Assembly: GCA_963740315.1 (NCBI GenBank)
Contig: CAVUDP010000004.1
Location: forward strand, 960,001 to 1,024,000
DNA length: 64,000 nucleotides
Direction of reading: 5' to 3'
From: an uncultured cyanobacterium
GTDB lineage: Bacteria > Cyanobacteriota > Cyanobacteriia > Cyanobacteriales > Nostocaceae
A program made the translations under genes and the position numbers. This document shows, piece after piece, positions 11,138 to 21,850 of the stretch. Numbering within the stretch: position 1 is the first letter of the stretch; each line of letters opens with the position of its first letter. The notes beneath the pieces were generated by a model. The model did not search any database, had not been told where the DNA came from, and saw only the letters and a program-made list of their open reading frames with translations.

Positions 11138-11432
11138 ACTAGTACTGTGTCCCATTATTGACTGGTAATAAAGGTTCGTAGTAAGCGCTTTAGCGCTCCA
11201 GATTTAGGGAACCAATGCCCTTCCATGCAAGGTAACAAATCATCAGATAAGAGAGTTAAAACTCTTACTACGAACCTATCAAATTAAATGCAATCGACTA
11301 CTAGTACTGTGTCCCATTAGTTTTGACTGGTAATAAAGGTTCGTAGTAAGCGCTTTAGCGCTTCATATTACCGAATCCGGAGGGGCTGAAGCCCTTACTA
11401 CGAACCTGTCAGAATAAATGAAATACAACAGT
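11138..11432. repeat. Two tandem copies of a GTAGTAAG-type REP-doublet/MITE-like element
   Basis: actagtactgtgtcccatta..actggtaataaaggttcgtagtaagcgctttagcgct...cttactacgaacct occurs twice; relatives at about 18008-18093 and 44021-44129. Confidence 0.7.
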
Positions 11433-11434
11433 TT

Positions 11435-12820
11435 CTAAAAATTGGTAACTGCTAATTGTTCCACAGCATCTGCTTGGGTGGGTAAAGCTGCGGTTAAAAC
11501 TTCGGTGCCGTTATCGGTAACTAAAACGTCATCTTCGATGCGGATTCCTCGGACATCGCTAAATTGAGATAAACGTTCCCAGTTGACGTATTTGCCAAAT
11601 TTTTCGCGGTTTTGTAAGTTATTTACGATCGCCGGGACTTGATAAAAACCGGGTTCAATTGTTACCAACATTCCAGGACGTAAAGGTCGATTTAAACGTA
11701 AATAACCCAAACCAAAACGATCGCTTCTTTCCCTTCCTGGTTCGTATCCTGCTAAGTCTCCCAAATCTTCCATATCATGCACGTCTAAACCGAGTAAATG
11801 ACCGATTCCGTGGGGGAAAAACAAGGCATGAGCATCTACATCTACTAATTCTTCGGGATTCCCTTGCAAAATGCCTAAATCTACTAAACCTTCGGCGATC
11901 GTTCTGCAAGCACAAAGATGAATATCTTCGTATTCGACACCGGGACTTATTTTGTCAATACAGGCATCATGTGCGGCTAAAACTACATCATAAATATCTC
12001 TTTGGGTAGATGAAAATTTACCGCTGACAGCCCAAGTTCTAGTTACATCAGCAGCCCAACCCGTGCGAGTTTCTGCACCAACATCGGCAAGCAGTAAATC
12101 GTTTGGTTGCAGGGAATTTTCGTAACTTTGGTTGTGCAATACTTCCCCGCGCACGGTGACGATACTGTTATAGGAAGTAGTCATATTGTGGGCGATGATA
12201 ACCGCTTCCATCGCCGCTCTTACTTGTGCCTCTGTTTTAGCTGTGGATGTCGCCGCCATACCGGCAAGATGCGCTTCTACAGTAACGGCGATCGCGCAGG
12301 CTATTTCACTCAAAGCCGCTTCATCGTGGGTAAGGCGCAATTCTACAATGGCTTTGGCTAATTCTAGGTCGATATTTTCTGGCGATCGCTGCGGTAAAAT
12401 CCATCTATCTAACAATTGTGACTGTTGCGTCCATGAAGCTGCATCCTGTACGGGAATTGTCGCCACACCTTGCAAATGCGATTCTAATGCCATTGGGTAA
12501 GCTTCCGTTGCACCAATTTGTGCGGCAATATCATCGCGGGTTGCCGTTTCTCCATGCCAAAGGGCGCTACTTGGTGCGGGATTATCCATGAATAGTTGCA
12601 GTTTACCTGCTTCTAAGCGAATCGCCGCGTTTTGCAAAGGTAATCCGGCAAAGTAGAGAAAATGACTGCTAGGACGATGCGGAAAGATATTTGCGCTAAA
12701 ATTACGAGGGCTAGGACTTCCAGACCATAAAATTGCCGGAAAGTCAATTAATTTGGCTAATTTTTCCCTTCTTTGACGCAAAATTTCTGCTAAGGAATTG
12801 GAAGTAGAAGTTGTTGTCAT
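11435..12820 (-). CDS. pepP: Xaa-Pro aminopeptidase (M24B)
   Basis: ADVTRT, PHGIGHLLGLDVHD, TIEPGFY, GIRIEDDVLVT motifs. Confidence 0.9.
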   Translation of the reverse strand: MTTTSTSNSLAEILRQRREKLAKLIDFPAILWSGSPSPRNFSANIFPHRPSSHFLYFAGLPLQNAAIRLEAGKLQLFMDNPAPSSALWHGETATRDDIAAQIGATEAYPMALESHLQGVATIPVQDAASWTQQSQLLDRWILPQRSPENIDLELAKAIVELRLTHDEAALSEIACAIAVTVEAHLAGMAATSTAKTEAQVRAAMEAVIIAHNMTTSYNSIVTVRGEVLHNQSYENSLQPNDLLLADVGAETRTGWAADVTRTWAVSGKFSSTQRDIYDVVLAAHDACIDKISPGVEYEDIHLCACRTIAEGLVDLGILQGNPEELVDVDAHALFFPHGIGHLLGLDVHDMEDLGDLAGYEPGRERSDRFGLGYLRLNRPLRPGMLVTIEPGFYQVPAIVNNLQNREKFGKYVNWERLSQFSDVRGIRIEDDVLVTDNGTEVLTAALPTQADAVEQLAVTNF

Positions 12821-12927
12821 GGTTTAATAATTTGGGATTCAAAATAACGTTACAGTGGGTAGGGAAGGTAGAATTTTTAACTTATAACTTCTAACTTTTA
12901 ATTTCTAACTAATAATTAATAACTGAT

Positions 12928-13356
12928 ATGTCTTTGAGAACTAAAATTAGTGGTGTTAAAGAGAGTAACTGGTTAATTGAGGAATTGCCGGGATTGAGTC
13001 AAGATGAAATTGATAATTTGAAGAATTGCGGCGTTACAAGTACTTTAGCTTTGATCGAGCAAGGAAAAAATTTAGAAGAAAAGTTGATATTGGCAAAGAA
13101 ATTACAAGTTAACGTCCAGTTTGTCAATAAATGCATTGCCTTAGCAGATTTGGCTCGGATTCCCGGTGTGGGAATCCAACATTGTGGATTGTTGCTGCAT
13201 GCTGGTGTTGCTTCGGTGATGCAGTTGCTGACTACTCCCGCTCATCGACTGCACAGGCAAATTTTACGTTTGCAAGTAGCAACCTTACAGCGACGCGATT
13301 TATGTCCCCCAGTCGAGCAAGTGCAACAATGGATTCAGGAAGCTAAAAACTTGTGA
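12928..13356 (+). CDS. DUF4332 family HhH-like protein
   Basis: IEELPGL, ALADLARIPGVG, LLLHAGV, QWIQEAK. Confidence 0.75.
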   Translation: MSLRTKISGVKESNWLIEELPGLSQDEIDNLKNCGVTSTLALIEQGKNLEEKLILAKKLQVNVQFVNKCIALADLARIPGVGIQHCGLLLHAGVASVMQLLTTPAHRLHRQILRLQVATLQRRDLCPPVEQVQQWIQEAKNL

Positions 13357-13369
13357 GTTAGAACCACCG

Positions 13370-13420
13370 GAGTTATGAGTTATGAGTTATGAGTTATGAG
13401 TTATGAGTTATGAGTTATGA
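13370..13420. repeat. STRR heptamer tract (GAGTTAT)n
   Basis: Direct tandem heptamers; other STRR tracts near 7890-7928, 27025-27240, 31645-31830, 46050-46150, 46790-46825, 50406-50435. Confidence 0.85.
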
Positions 13421-13510
13421 AACTTGCATATTGAATATCGATCGGTTAGGTTTTAATTCCAAACTTTTAATTCCTAATTCTTAATTCCTTAACTCCTCAC
13501 TCCTTACTTT

Positions 13511-14122
13511 TTACTCTTTTTCCAATACCCCATTCAGAAATATGTCAGCTAATCCTTCTGCCATTTTCTGTTTTTCTTGGGGGGAAGCGTCGGGTTCCAT
13601 AAGAGTTTCGTGGGAAAAACCTGCGACGGCGAACATTCCCAAAAATACCTGAGCGACGAGTTTCGCATCTGTCTTACGATAGATTCCTTTGTCCATTGCC
13701 GATTGAAAAAAAGCTTCGGCAACATGAGTCATTTTGTCGATGACTTCTTTTTGAATGCGATCGCGCAATTCGGGATGAAATTGGGCTTCCATAAAACAAA
13801 CTTTCATGATGTCGGCGTTTTTTTGTAAATTCCACATCCGACGGCGCATGACTTGGGCTACGGCTTTGTAGCTACCCATTTCGCTTAATTCGGTGAGTAA
13901 ATCTGTAAGAATATCTACCCATCCGGCGGTTGCAACTTCAATTAAGATTGCTTTTTTATTAGAAAAATGACGGAATAGGGTTCCTTCAGCAATGCCAGCT
14001 TTTTGCGCTAAGTCGCGGGTGGTAGTACCGTCAAACCCTTGAGCCGCAAACAATTTTTGTGCTGCTTGCAAAATGCGATCGCGTGTTTGTGTTTCTGGGG
14101 GAGGAGATTTAAAAGCCCGCAT
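13511..14122 (-). CDS. TetR/AcrR family transcriptional regulator
   Basis: N-terminal HTH RILQAAQKLFAAQGFDGTTTRDLA..AGIAEGTLFRHF. Confidence 0.92.
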   Translation of the reverse strand: MRAFKSPPPETQTRDRILQAAQKLFAAQGFDGTTTRDLAQKAGIAEGTLFRHFSNKKAILIEVATAGWVDILTDLLTELSEMGSYKAVAQVMRRRMWNLQKNADIMKVCFMEAQFHPELRDRIQKEVIDKMTHVAEAFFQSAMDKGIYRKTDAKLVAQVFLGMFAVAGFSHETLMEPDASPQEKQKMAEGLADIFLNGVLEKE

Positions 14123-14477
14123 AATATTGGTTATAGTAGTGAGTTGTCTGGAACTGCATCTGTAGGATTATTGTCTAACGTTAAGTACAATTTGCACTAA
14201 ATCCTTAATACAAGATTAATGCCTTAAGGGTTGATTTCTTTTTTTGTGGCTCTAAGTGGCTGTGAATTTACTCAGACGGGAAGACAATTCGTAGTTAAAT
14301 ATATCGTTTATAGTTTATCAAACGAGATGATTCTGAATGCATTCGAGAAAATGCAATAAAACTCTCAGACTTTTACAAAGCGCGGCAAATGCTATACTGC
14401 ACGCTTTGTAAGAGCTACAATATTCAATTCTCGAAGATTACCCCCAACCGCTAATGAAAGCAAATAAAAGGTGAATT

Positions 14478-16031
14478 ATGGGAAATTTCTCACGTCGGCT
14501 AGTCGCACTACTTTTAGCATTAGTTTTCTGTTGGGAGTTTTTACCAGGAGTCGCATTTGCTCAAACTCCAACCCCAACATCTAATCAAACTTCGATTCAA
14601 CCTTATTTAGATCGGGTTGTTGAAAATTTAACCGAGTTTAAGTTAGACAATGGCATGAAGTTCATTGTTTTACGACGACCTCAAGCACCTGTTGTTTCTT
14701 TTGTTACTTATGCTGATGTCGGTGGCGTGGATGAACCCGATGGAAAGACTGGTGTTGCACATTTTCTGGAGCATTTAGCTTTTAAAGGTACGGATAAAAT
14801 TGGTACCGTAAATTACGCACGTGAAAAAAGGTTGCTCAATAGTATAGATAAAGTGGCAGCCCAAATTCAGCAAGCACAAGCATCTGGACAAAAAGATAAA
14901 GTTGCTCAATTACAAGCCAGGTTGCAAAAATTAGAGGAAGAAGCTCGTAAAACTGTTAAGCAAAATGAGTTCGGTAGAATTGTCGAACAAGCTGGAGGTG
15001 TAGGTTTAAATGCCACTACTTCTACAGAAGCTACTAAATATTTTTACAGTTTTCCTGCGAATAAGTTAGAACTGTGGATGTCTTTGGAGTCGGAACGTTT
15101 TCTCAATCCCGTGTTGCGACGCGAGTTTTATAAGGAAAAAGATGTAATTTTAGAAGAAAGACGGATGCGGGTAGATAATTCCCCCATCGGACAAATGATT
15201 GAAAAGTTCAACGATACTGCTTTTCAAAAACATCCCTACAAACGCCCGGTAATTGGTTACGACAAAGATATTCGCAATTTGACAACCCAAGACGTGCAGC
15301 AGTTTTTTGAAAAATACTACGTACCGAGTAATCTTACAGTTGCTGTCGTCGGAGATGTCAAACCAGCTGAAGTTAAGAAAATGGCGGAAGTTTACTTTGG
15401 GCGTTATGAAGCTAAACCCAAACCAGAGCAGCAACTTCCAGTAGAGCCAAAACAAACTCAAGAACAAGAATTTACTTTAAATTTACCTTCTCAACCTTGG
15501 TATTTAGAAGGTTATCACCGTCCGAGCCTTAACGATCCAGATAATGCAGTTTATGACATTATTGCTAGTTTACTCAGTGATGGACGTACTTCGCGGCTAT
15601 ATAAGTCTTTGGTAGAAAAGCAGCAATTAGCACTCGCGGCACAAGGTTTTAGTGGTTTTCCCGGAGATAAATATCCGAACTTAATGCTGTTCTACGCTTT
15701 AACTGCACCGGGACATACTGTTGAAGAGGTAGCAGCAGCGTTACGAGAACAAATTGAAGCTTTAAAAACACAGGCAGTATCTGCCGAAGAATTGGAACGA
15801 GTCAAAACTAATGCCCGTGCGGGATTATTGCGTTCCCTCGATTCTAATATGGGTATGGCGCAGCAGCTATTAGAATATGAAGTCAAAACGGGTTCTTGGA
15901 AGAATTTATTTGCACAGTTACAAAAAATTGAAGCTGTAAACGCTGAAGATGTCATGCGCGTTGCTAAAGAAACTTTCACGGCTGAAAATCGCACCGTTGG
16001 TAAGTTGTTGCCGAAGAAACCAGCTAGTTAG
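14478..16031 (+). CDS. M16 family zinc peptidase, catalytic subunit, with signal peptide
   Basis: Inverted zinc motif HFLEH; LNATTS; EERRMR. Confidence 0.92.
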   Translation: MGNFSRRLVALLLALVFCWEFLPGVAFAQTPTPTSNQTSIQPYLDRVVENLTEFKLDNGMKFIVLRRPQAPVVSFVTYADVGGVDEPDGKTGVAHFLEHLAFKGTDKIGTVNYAREKRLLNSIDKVAAQIQQAQASGQKDKVAQLQARLQKLEEEARKTVKQNEFGRIVEQAGGVGLNATTSTEATKYFYSFPANKLELWMSLESERFLNPVLRREFYKEKDVILEERRMRVDNSPIGQMIEKFNDTAFQKHPYKRPVIGYDKDIRNLTTQDVQQFFEKYYVPSNLTVAVVGDVKPAEVKKMAEVYFGRYEAKPKPEQQLPVEPKQTQEQEFTLNLPSQPWYLEGYHRPSLNDPDNAVYDIIASLLSDGRTSRLYKSLVEKQQLALAAQGFSGFPGDKYPNLMLFYALTAPGHTVEEVAAALREQIEALKTQAVSAEELERVKTNARAGLLRSLDSNMGMAQQLLEYEVKTGSWKNLFAQLQKIEAVNAEDVMRVAKETFTAENRTVGKLLPKKPAS

Positions 16032-16275
16032 AGAGGGGATGGGGGAGAGGGGGAGATGGGGAGATGGGGAGAGGGGGAGAGGGGGAGAGGGGGTAGAGGG
16101 GGTAGAGAGTGTAGTTAAATAGCGAGCGAGACGCTCGCACTCCTAATTCCTAATTCCTAATTCCCAATTCCCAATTTCTAATTCAATACTCAATACTCAA
16201 TACTCAATACTCAATACTCAATACTCAATACTCCCTACTCAATACTCCCTACTCCCTACTCCCTACTCCTAACTA
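16032..16275. repeat. Mixed STRR tracts around a REP copy
   Basis: G-rich repeats, (TCCTAAT)n and (CAATACT)n; gcgagcgagacgctcgcac at 16122-16140. Confidence 0.8.
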
Positions 16276-16322
16276 TTTCTCAATGCCCAATTACTTTATT
16301 CTGTGAAAGAGAGAAAGACGGG

Positions 16323-17843
16323 ATGATTAAAAGAAAAAGGTACAACAAAAAAGTGAAAAGATTGGTTTACTCGTTACTGGTTTGTCTTACTTTTGCACTG
16401 GTAAGTTTTGACTTTTCTGGTGCAATGGCACAGCAAGTAACGCCGCAGGATGAATATATTCCAAAGCATTATACTGACTTGGAATTCAAGCCGGTAGGTG
16501 AAATCAAGTTACCTAAATACGAACGGTATCAACTTGAAAACGGTGCGATCGTTTATTTGATGGAGAATCACGAACTGCCGTTGGTAAGTGGTACGGCTTT
16601 AATTCATACTGGTTCTCGTTTTGAACCGGCTTCGGAAGTTGGTTTGGCTGAGTTAACGGGTGGAGTGATGCGTACTGGGGGAACTGTGCAGCATCCCCCT
16701 AATGTACTCAATCAAATGTTGGAACAACGAGCGGCTTCGGTGGAAACTGGTATTGGTGATACTTCTGGTAGTGCGTCTTTTGGAGCGCTCAGCGAAGATT
16801 TGGATACGGTTTTTGGGCTGTTTGCTGAAGTGTTACAACAACCAGCGTTTGCTGAAGATCAGTTGGAGTTGGCAAAAACCCAGATGAAGGGTGGTATTGC
16901 ACGTCGTAATGATAGCCCAGATGCGATCGCGCAACGGGAATTTAAAAAGCTGATTTACGGTGAAAATAGCCCTTATGCTCGCATTGCCGAATATTCATCG
17001 CTTAATAATATAAACCGCGAGGATTTGGTAAAGTTTTATCAGCAGTATTATTATCCCAACAATATGATTTTGGGTATTGAAGGGGATTTTGATTCTGCAA
17101 AAATGAAAGCTTTGATTCAGCAAACATTTGGTAAGTGGAAAGCTAATCCTAATTTCAAGAAACCCGAATTGCCAGAGGTTTCCCAAGCCAAAACGGGTGG
17201 AGTCTTCTTTGTCAATCAGCCACAATTAACCCAAAGTAACGTACTTATCGGACATATCGGTGGTAAACTTGCTAGCCCCGACTATCCCGAATTAGATGTT
17301 ATGAATGGGGTACTCAATGGATTTGGCGGCAGATTGTTTAATGAAGTGCGATCGCGTCAAGGTTTAGCATATTCAGTATACGGTTATTGGAGTCCTCGCT
17401 ACGATTATCCGGGAATATTTATCTCTGGCGGACAAACCCGTAGTGATGCTACCGTACAGTTTGTTAAAGCTGTTGAGGAAGAAATCAAGAAAATTCAAAC
17501 TCAACTCGTAACGCCTCAAGAGTTGGCGTTTGCTAAAGAGTCTACTTTGAATTCTTTTGTATTCAATTTCCAAGATCCCGCTCAAACTTTATCGCGTTTG
17601 ATGCGCTACGAATATTACGGTTATCCCAAAGATTTTCTGTTTACCTATCAAAAACAAGTAGAAAACACTACAGTAGAAGATGTACAGCGAGTTGCTAAAG
17701 AACATCTGAAGCTAGATAAATTAGTTTTTCTGGTAGTAGGAAATCAAACTGCGATTAATCCCCCGCTAACAACTCTGGCATCGCAAATCACGCCTATAGA
17801 TATTACCATTCCAGCTACGCCAAAACCACAAGCAAGTAATTAA
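16323..17843 (+). CDS. M16 family peptidase, non-catalytic partner subunit
   Basis: M16 fold without HxxEH; RLFNEVRSRQGLAYSV motif; tandem with the catalytic subunit. Confidence 0.9.
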   Translation: MIKRKRYNKKVKRLVYSLLVCLTFALVSFDFSGAMAQQVTPQDEYIPKHYTDLEFKPVGEIKLPKYERYQLENGAIVYLMENHELPLVSGTALIHTGSRFEPASEVGLAELTGGVMRTGGTVQHPPNVLNQMLEQRAASVETGIGDTSGSASFGALSEDLDTVFGLFAEVLQQPAFAEDQLELAKTQMKGGIARRNDSPDAIAQREFKKLIYGENSPYARIAEYSSLNNINREDLVKFYQQYYYPNNMILGIEGDFDSAKMKALIQQTFGKWKANPNFKKPELPEVSQAKTGGVFFVNQPQLTQSNVLIGHIGGKLASPDYPELDVMNGVLNGFGGRLFNEVRSRQGLAYSVYGYWSPRYDYPGIFISGGQTRSDATVQFVKAVEEEIKKIQTQLVTPQELAFAKESTLNSFVFNFQDPAQTLSRLMRYEYYGYPKDFLFTYQKQVENTTVEDVQRVAKEHLKLDKLVFLVVGNQTAINPPLTTLASQITPIDITIPATPKPQASN

Positions 17844-17859
17844 TGGTTTTTTGAATATC

Positions 17860-17894
17860 AAAAGCCCGGTTTATTTAGTAAGCCGGGTTTTTTT
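17860..17894 (+). terminator. Intrinsic terminator
   Basis: aaaagcccggtt-loop-agccggg followed by a T run, just after the stop. Confidence 0.65.
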
Positions 17895-18124
17895 GTTAGA
17901 AGGTTGAGAAGTCGGGTTTTTAGGATACGTATCTGTAATACACTTACAAATTTTATAAAAACCCGACTTCTGAGCATTGATTTTCTTTTAAATGGTTGCT
18001 AAAAAAAAGGTTCGTAGTAAGAGTTTTAATTTTATCTCAGGATTTGTTACCTCGCCCTAAATCCGGAGGCGCTAAAGCGCTTACTACGAACCTTTTTACC
18101 TTTCAAAATTTTTGAAAAAGATTA

Positions 18125-19309
18125 CTAGCGATCGACGGAACCCATTACTACATCAATACTTCCTAAAATCACAAATATATCCGCGACTTTTACACCTTTG
18201 ATTAATTGCGGTAATACTTGTAAATTATTAAAATCTGCGGGACGAATTTTCCAACGCCAAGGAAAAACGTTGTCGTCACCAATTAAATAAATTCCTAATT
18301 CTCCTCTACCGGATTCAATTCTGAGGTAATGCTCGCCTTTGGGAATTTTAAATGTAGGTGCAACTTTTTTGGCAATATATTGATAATCAAAATCGTTCCA
18401 CTCTGACTTTTTACCTGCTGCCATACGTTTTGCTTCTAAGTTTTCGTAAGCACCACCGGGTAAACCTGCAATCGCTTGTTTAATAATACTTACAGATTCG
18501 CGCATCTCTCCGACTCTTACCACATAACGTGCCAAACAATCGCCGCTTTTATCCCACTTTATTTCCCAATCAAAATCGTCATAACATTCGTAACGATCGA
18601 CCTTACGTAAATCCCACTTTACCCCAGAAGCCCGCAACATTGGACCGGAAATACCCCAATTAATAGCCTCTTCGCGAGTCAAAGTTCCTATTCCCTCAAC
18701 TCGACGACGAAATATAGGATTGTTGGTAATTAATCTTTCGTATTCATCTATCTTAGGTAAGAAATAATCGCAAAACTCCTGACATTTACTTATCCAACCA
18801 TAAGGAAGATCGGCAGCAACACCGCCAATACGAAAATAGTTATTGTTCACCATGCGGTATCCCGTGGCAGCTTCAAACAAATCGAGAATGAATTCGCGAT
18901 CGCGCAGGGTGTAGAAAAACGGAGTTTGTGCGCCCATATCCATGATATATGGTCCCAACCACAGTAAATGATTGACGATTCGCGCTAATTCCAGCATCAG
19001 TACTCGGATATAGCTGGCGCGTTTGGGGATTTGCACGTCGGCTAATTTTTCTACAGCGTTAACAGTTACCGCTTCGTTGAACATTCCACCGTAGTAATCC
19101 CAACGGCTGACATAGGGAACGTACATAATATTAGTGCGGTTTTCGGCGATTTTTTCCATTCCCCGATGCAGATATCCCAAAACGGGTTCGCAATCGATTA
19201 CGTCTTCCCCATCAAGTGTGACAATAATTCGGAAACAGCCATGCATAGAAGGATGTTGGGGACCGAAATTAATCGTCATCGGTTCGGTTTTGGTTTCAAT
19301 TCTACTCAT
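18125..19309 (-). CDS. ndhH: NAD(P)H-quinone oxidoreductase subunit H (divergent copy)
   Basis: [20 protein letters not shown], ends GSVDR; 394 aa. Confidence 0.93.
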   Translation of the reverse strand: MSRIETKTEPMTINFGPQHPSMHGCFRIIVTLDGEDVIDCEPVLGYLHRGMEKIAENRTNIMYVPYVSRWDYYGGMFNEAVTVNAVEKLADVQIPKRASYIRVLMLELARIVNHLLWLGPYIMDMGAQTPFFYTLRDREFILDLFEAATGYRMVNNNYFRIGGVAADLPYGWISKCQEFCDYFLPKIDEYERLITNNPIFRRRVEGIGTLTREEAINWGISGPMLRASGVKWDLRKVDRYECYDDFDWEIKWDKSGDCLARYVVRVGEMRESVSIIKQAIAGLPGGAYENLEAKRMAAGKKSEWNDFDYQYIAKKVAPTFKIPKGEHYLRIESGRGELGIYLIGDDNVFPWRWKIRPADFNNLQVLPQLIKGVKVADIFVILGSIDVVMGSVDR

Positions 19310-19419
19310 TAGGAAATACCATTAACTGCTACTTCCTAATATGGCGATACCTTTTCTTGTTGTCTTGCAGATTCGTCCGATTTTTTGTACGTTTTTGGGA
19401 TGTTTACCGATTTTGATTT

Positions 19420-20742
19420 TTATGAGGAAATTACTTTCAAGAAAACTCGCGGATGATAAAGTGCTAAAGGCGATTTGAGTAGATGACTAATTTCGATAAA
19501 TAAAGTATATAAATCCTCATCTTGATTAATGCTTTGGATAATTCGCTGATTGTACCAACCTAGAAACTTAGAAATTAAATTCGGATTGCTTCTACCTGAT
19601 GTTGTAAGAAATCGCGAGTCGCTTGCGGTAGCTACCATCCAATGATAATTATTACTTTTCGCCAAACGTTTTTGAAAAAGATTCGGTATTAATTTATCTT
19701 CTTCGAGCCATCCTTTAAGTACCATTGCGGATAAGGCACTAACCGTCATTCCCTGACCGTAAACCGGACATAAAGCACAAACGGCATCACCTAACGTTAC
19801 AAACCCCTTTGGTAAGTCAATTTGCTCGTAATGACGCTGACGGTTTGATGTGGCGCGATGAGCGTAAATCGGAGATACGGGTTCTGCGTTTTTAATAGTC
19901 TCGTAAAACTTGTCACTAGGTAAACTGCTGGCGAATTCGAGAAAACCTCGATCGTCGAGCGGTGGAAAATCGCCTCCATAACCCCCCAAAGTAGCAATCA
20001 ATTCTTCACCTTCAATTGATGCTAAATATCCCAAACGCTTACCCTGTGGAGGTTCCTGAGAAATCAGCATTACCTTCCAATCTTGGTTAAAACCCGATGG
20101 TTTTTTATATCTTCTGGTAGCGTATCCCAAATAAGGATTGATTACCGTTTCCGGTGGAGCTTTAAATCCCAAATCTTCCAACCACTGGGGTGCATTGGAA
20201 CGACGACCGCCAGCATCTACAACCAAAGATGCTGTAAACTCTTCATAACCATCATCAGCATCTTTAGCTAAGGGCTTCATTCGCAATCCCGTAATTTGAC
20301 TGCGATTTGAGTCTGTGAGAAATCCGATGACGCGGTGTTGTTCGAGAAACTGCACGCTTGAAAATTTTTGCAGCCTTTGACGAATTACCCATTCCAACAA
20401 AGGACGGGAACAGGTAAATGAAATAATATCGGAAGGTTTGGTAGGGTTGAGACTCCATTTTCCCTGAATGTAAACATGAAATTCCCTTGCCCAATCAATA
20501 GAAAGCGCACCAGCAGTACTCAAATCGGTACCAATACCGGGAAAAAGTTCCTCTAAAATTCGGTATCCCTTGGTAAATAAAACATGAGGCTGCACCGATT
20601 GCGGTACCCCTTTACGTTTATCCGGTTCTAAAGGTAGTCGATCGGATTCTATAATTGTTACCGATTCAAAGCTTTCGGCAAGCACGCGAGCTGCTAGCAA
20701 TCCCGCAATACTACCGCCGATAACTACAGCTTTATCTTTCAT
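19420..20742 (-). CDS. FAD-dependent monooxygenase/oxidoreductase
   Basis: GGSIAGLLAA Rossmann motif, VVDAGGR, GDAVCALCPVYGQGMT. Confidence 0.85.
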   Translation of the reverse strand: MKDKAVVIGGSIAGLLAARVLAESFESVTIIESDRLPLEPDKRKGVPQSVQPHVLFTKGYRILEELFPGIGTDLSTAGALSIDWAREFHVYIQGKWSLNPTKPSDIISFTCSRPLLEWVIRQRLQKFSSVQFLEQHRVIGFLTDSNRSQITGLRMKPLAKDADDGYEEFTASLVVDAGGRRSNAPQWLEDLGFKAPPETVINPYLGYATRRYKKPSGFNQDWKVMLISQEPPQGKRLGYLASIEGEELIATLGGYGGDFPPLDDRGFLEFASSLPSDKFYETIKNAEPVSPIYAHRATSNRQRHYEQIDLPKGFVTLGDAVCALCPVYGQGMTVSALSAMVLKGWLEEDKLIPNLFQKRLAKSNNYHWMVATASDSRFLTTSGRSNPNLISKFLGWYNQRIIQSINQDEDLYTLFIEISHLLKSPLALYHPRVFLKVISS

Positions 20743-20754
20743 ATAGCAATTTAA

Positions 20755-21648
20755 TTATTTACAAATTTTCCCAGGAGTTATACCAATCAACTTTTTAAAA
20801 TGTCGATTTAAATGACTTTGATTTGCAAAACCAACCATCAGGGCAACTTGGGCAATAGTATACTTCCCCGTCAATAATAATTCTTTTGCACAATTTACGC
20901 GAGTTAGAATTACATATTGATGGGGTGTCATTTTCATTGACTGCTTAAATAAATAACAAAAATAATGCGGACTCATATGCAGCAAACTTGCTAATTCATT
21001 TAAACCTAAATCTTTATCTAAATTATTTCTGATAAATTCAATAACTTGATTTAACTGACGTTTTGATAAACCATTTGTATACTCTTTTATTTTCGGTTTT
21101 CGCGCCGAATAATATTGTAATAAATGCACGCACAAAGCATTTACCATTGTCTCCGCATACAAACGGCTTCCGGTTGGATTATGTGCCAAAGCATTTTTGA
21201 TTGCAAGTCCAATTTGTAAAACTAAAGGATCTGGTGTGGCGAAATGTGGTATTAATTGAACTTGTTCTGGTTCTCCCGATTCGTTAATAGCACGTGCAAA
21301 AGTTTTTGTTTCAATACCTAAGATAATAAAATCACCTTCTTTATCCCAAGCACACTTTTGACCGATATTTGCAGGCTGAATTACTATATCTCCACCAACT
21401 ACTGAGTCGCGATGAAAACGTCCATCCAGTTTTCTATCTCCGTGAATAACATAGTCACCGTGAGTAAAAATAGTAATAGTGTGTCCGAGGGTAGTACAAA
21501 CTTCAGGAGTCTGGGATGCAGGCACAGACATATATCTGAAGAATACTCCATCCCACCCGGTATTTTGACTGGTGAGAATTGGCGATCGCTCAAAAAGTTG
21601 GGTTATTTCATCTTCTTTATTCAGAATCAAAGGTTTATCTTCTGACAT
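20755..21648 (-). CDS. AraC family transcriptional regulator
   Basis: C-terminal double HTH (SPHYFCYLFKQS..MTPHQYV; VGFANQSHLNRHFKK). Confidence 0.92.
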   Translation of the reverse strand: MSEDKPLILNKEDEITQLFERSPILTSQNTGWDGVFFRYMSVPASQTPEVCTTLGHTITIFTHGDYVIHGDRKLDGRFHRDSVVGGDIVIQPANIGQKCAWDKEGDFIILGIETKTFARAINESGEPEQVQLIPHFATPDPLVLQIGLAIKNALAHNPTGSRLYAETMVNALCVHLLQYYSARKPKIKEYTNGLSKRQLNQVIEFIRNNLDKDLGLNELASLLHMSPHYFCYLFKQSMKMTPHQYVILTRVNCAKELLLTGKYTIAQVALMVGFANQSHLNRHFKKLIGITPGKICK

Positions 21649-21792
21649 AATTGAAACGAAATTCTACAACTGTAATCTATCAGAAATTCAATGATTTTGA
21701 CCGAACCTGCTTCTAACGAACACTCCTGTTGTTGTAAAGCAGAGGGGAAAGGAGTGAAGTTTTTAATAAATAAATTTGCGTCGGCAGCATGA

Positions 21793-21808
21793 TGTAAATT
21801 ACCATACA
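21793..21808. promoter_or_regulatory. Candidate NtcA box
   Basis: TGTA-AATTACCA-TACA matches GTA-N8-TAC between the divergent araC and acyltransferase genes; no well-spaced -10 box found. Confidence 0.3.
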
Positions 21809-21850
21809 ATTTAGCTAAAATTTTATTAATCCAGTTGTAGAAAAATACCA

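Noticed and set aside
10973..11155. 60-aa minus-strand ORF
   Set aside because: Its start lies inside a repeat element and no family is recognisable; it may be a remnant
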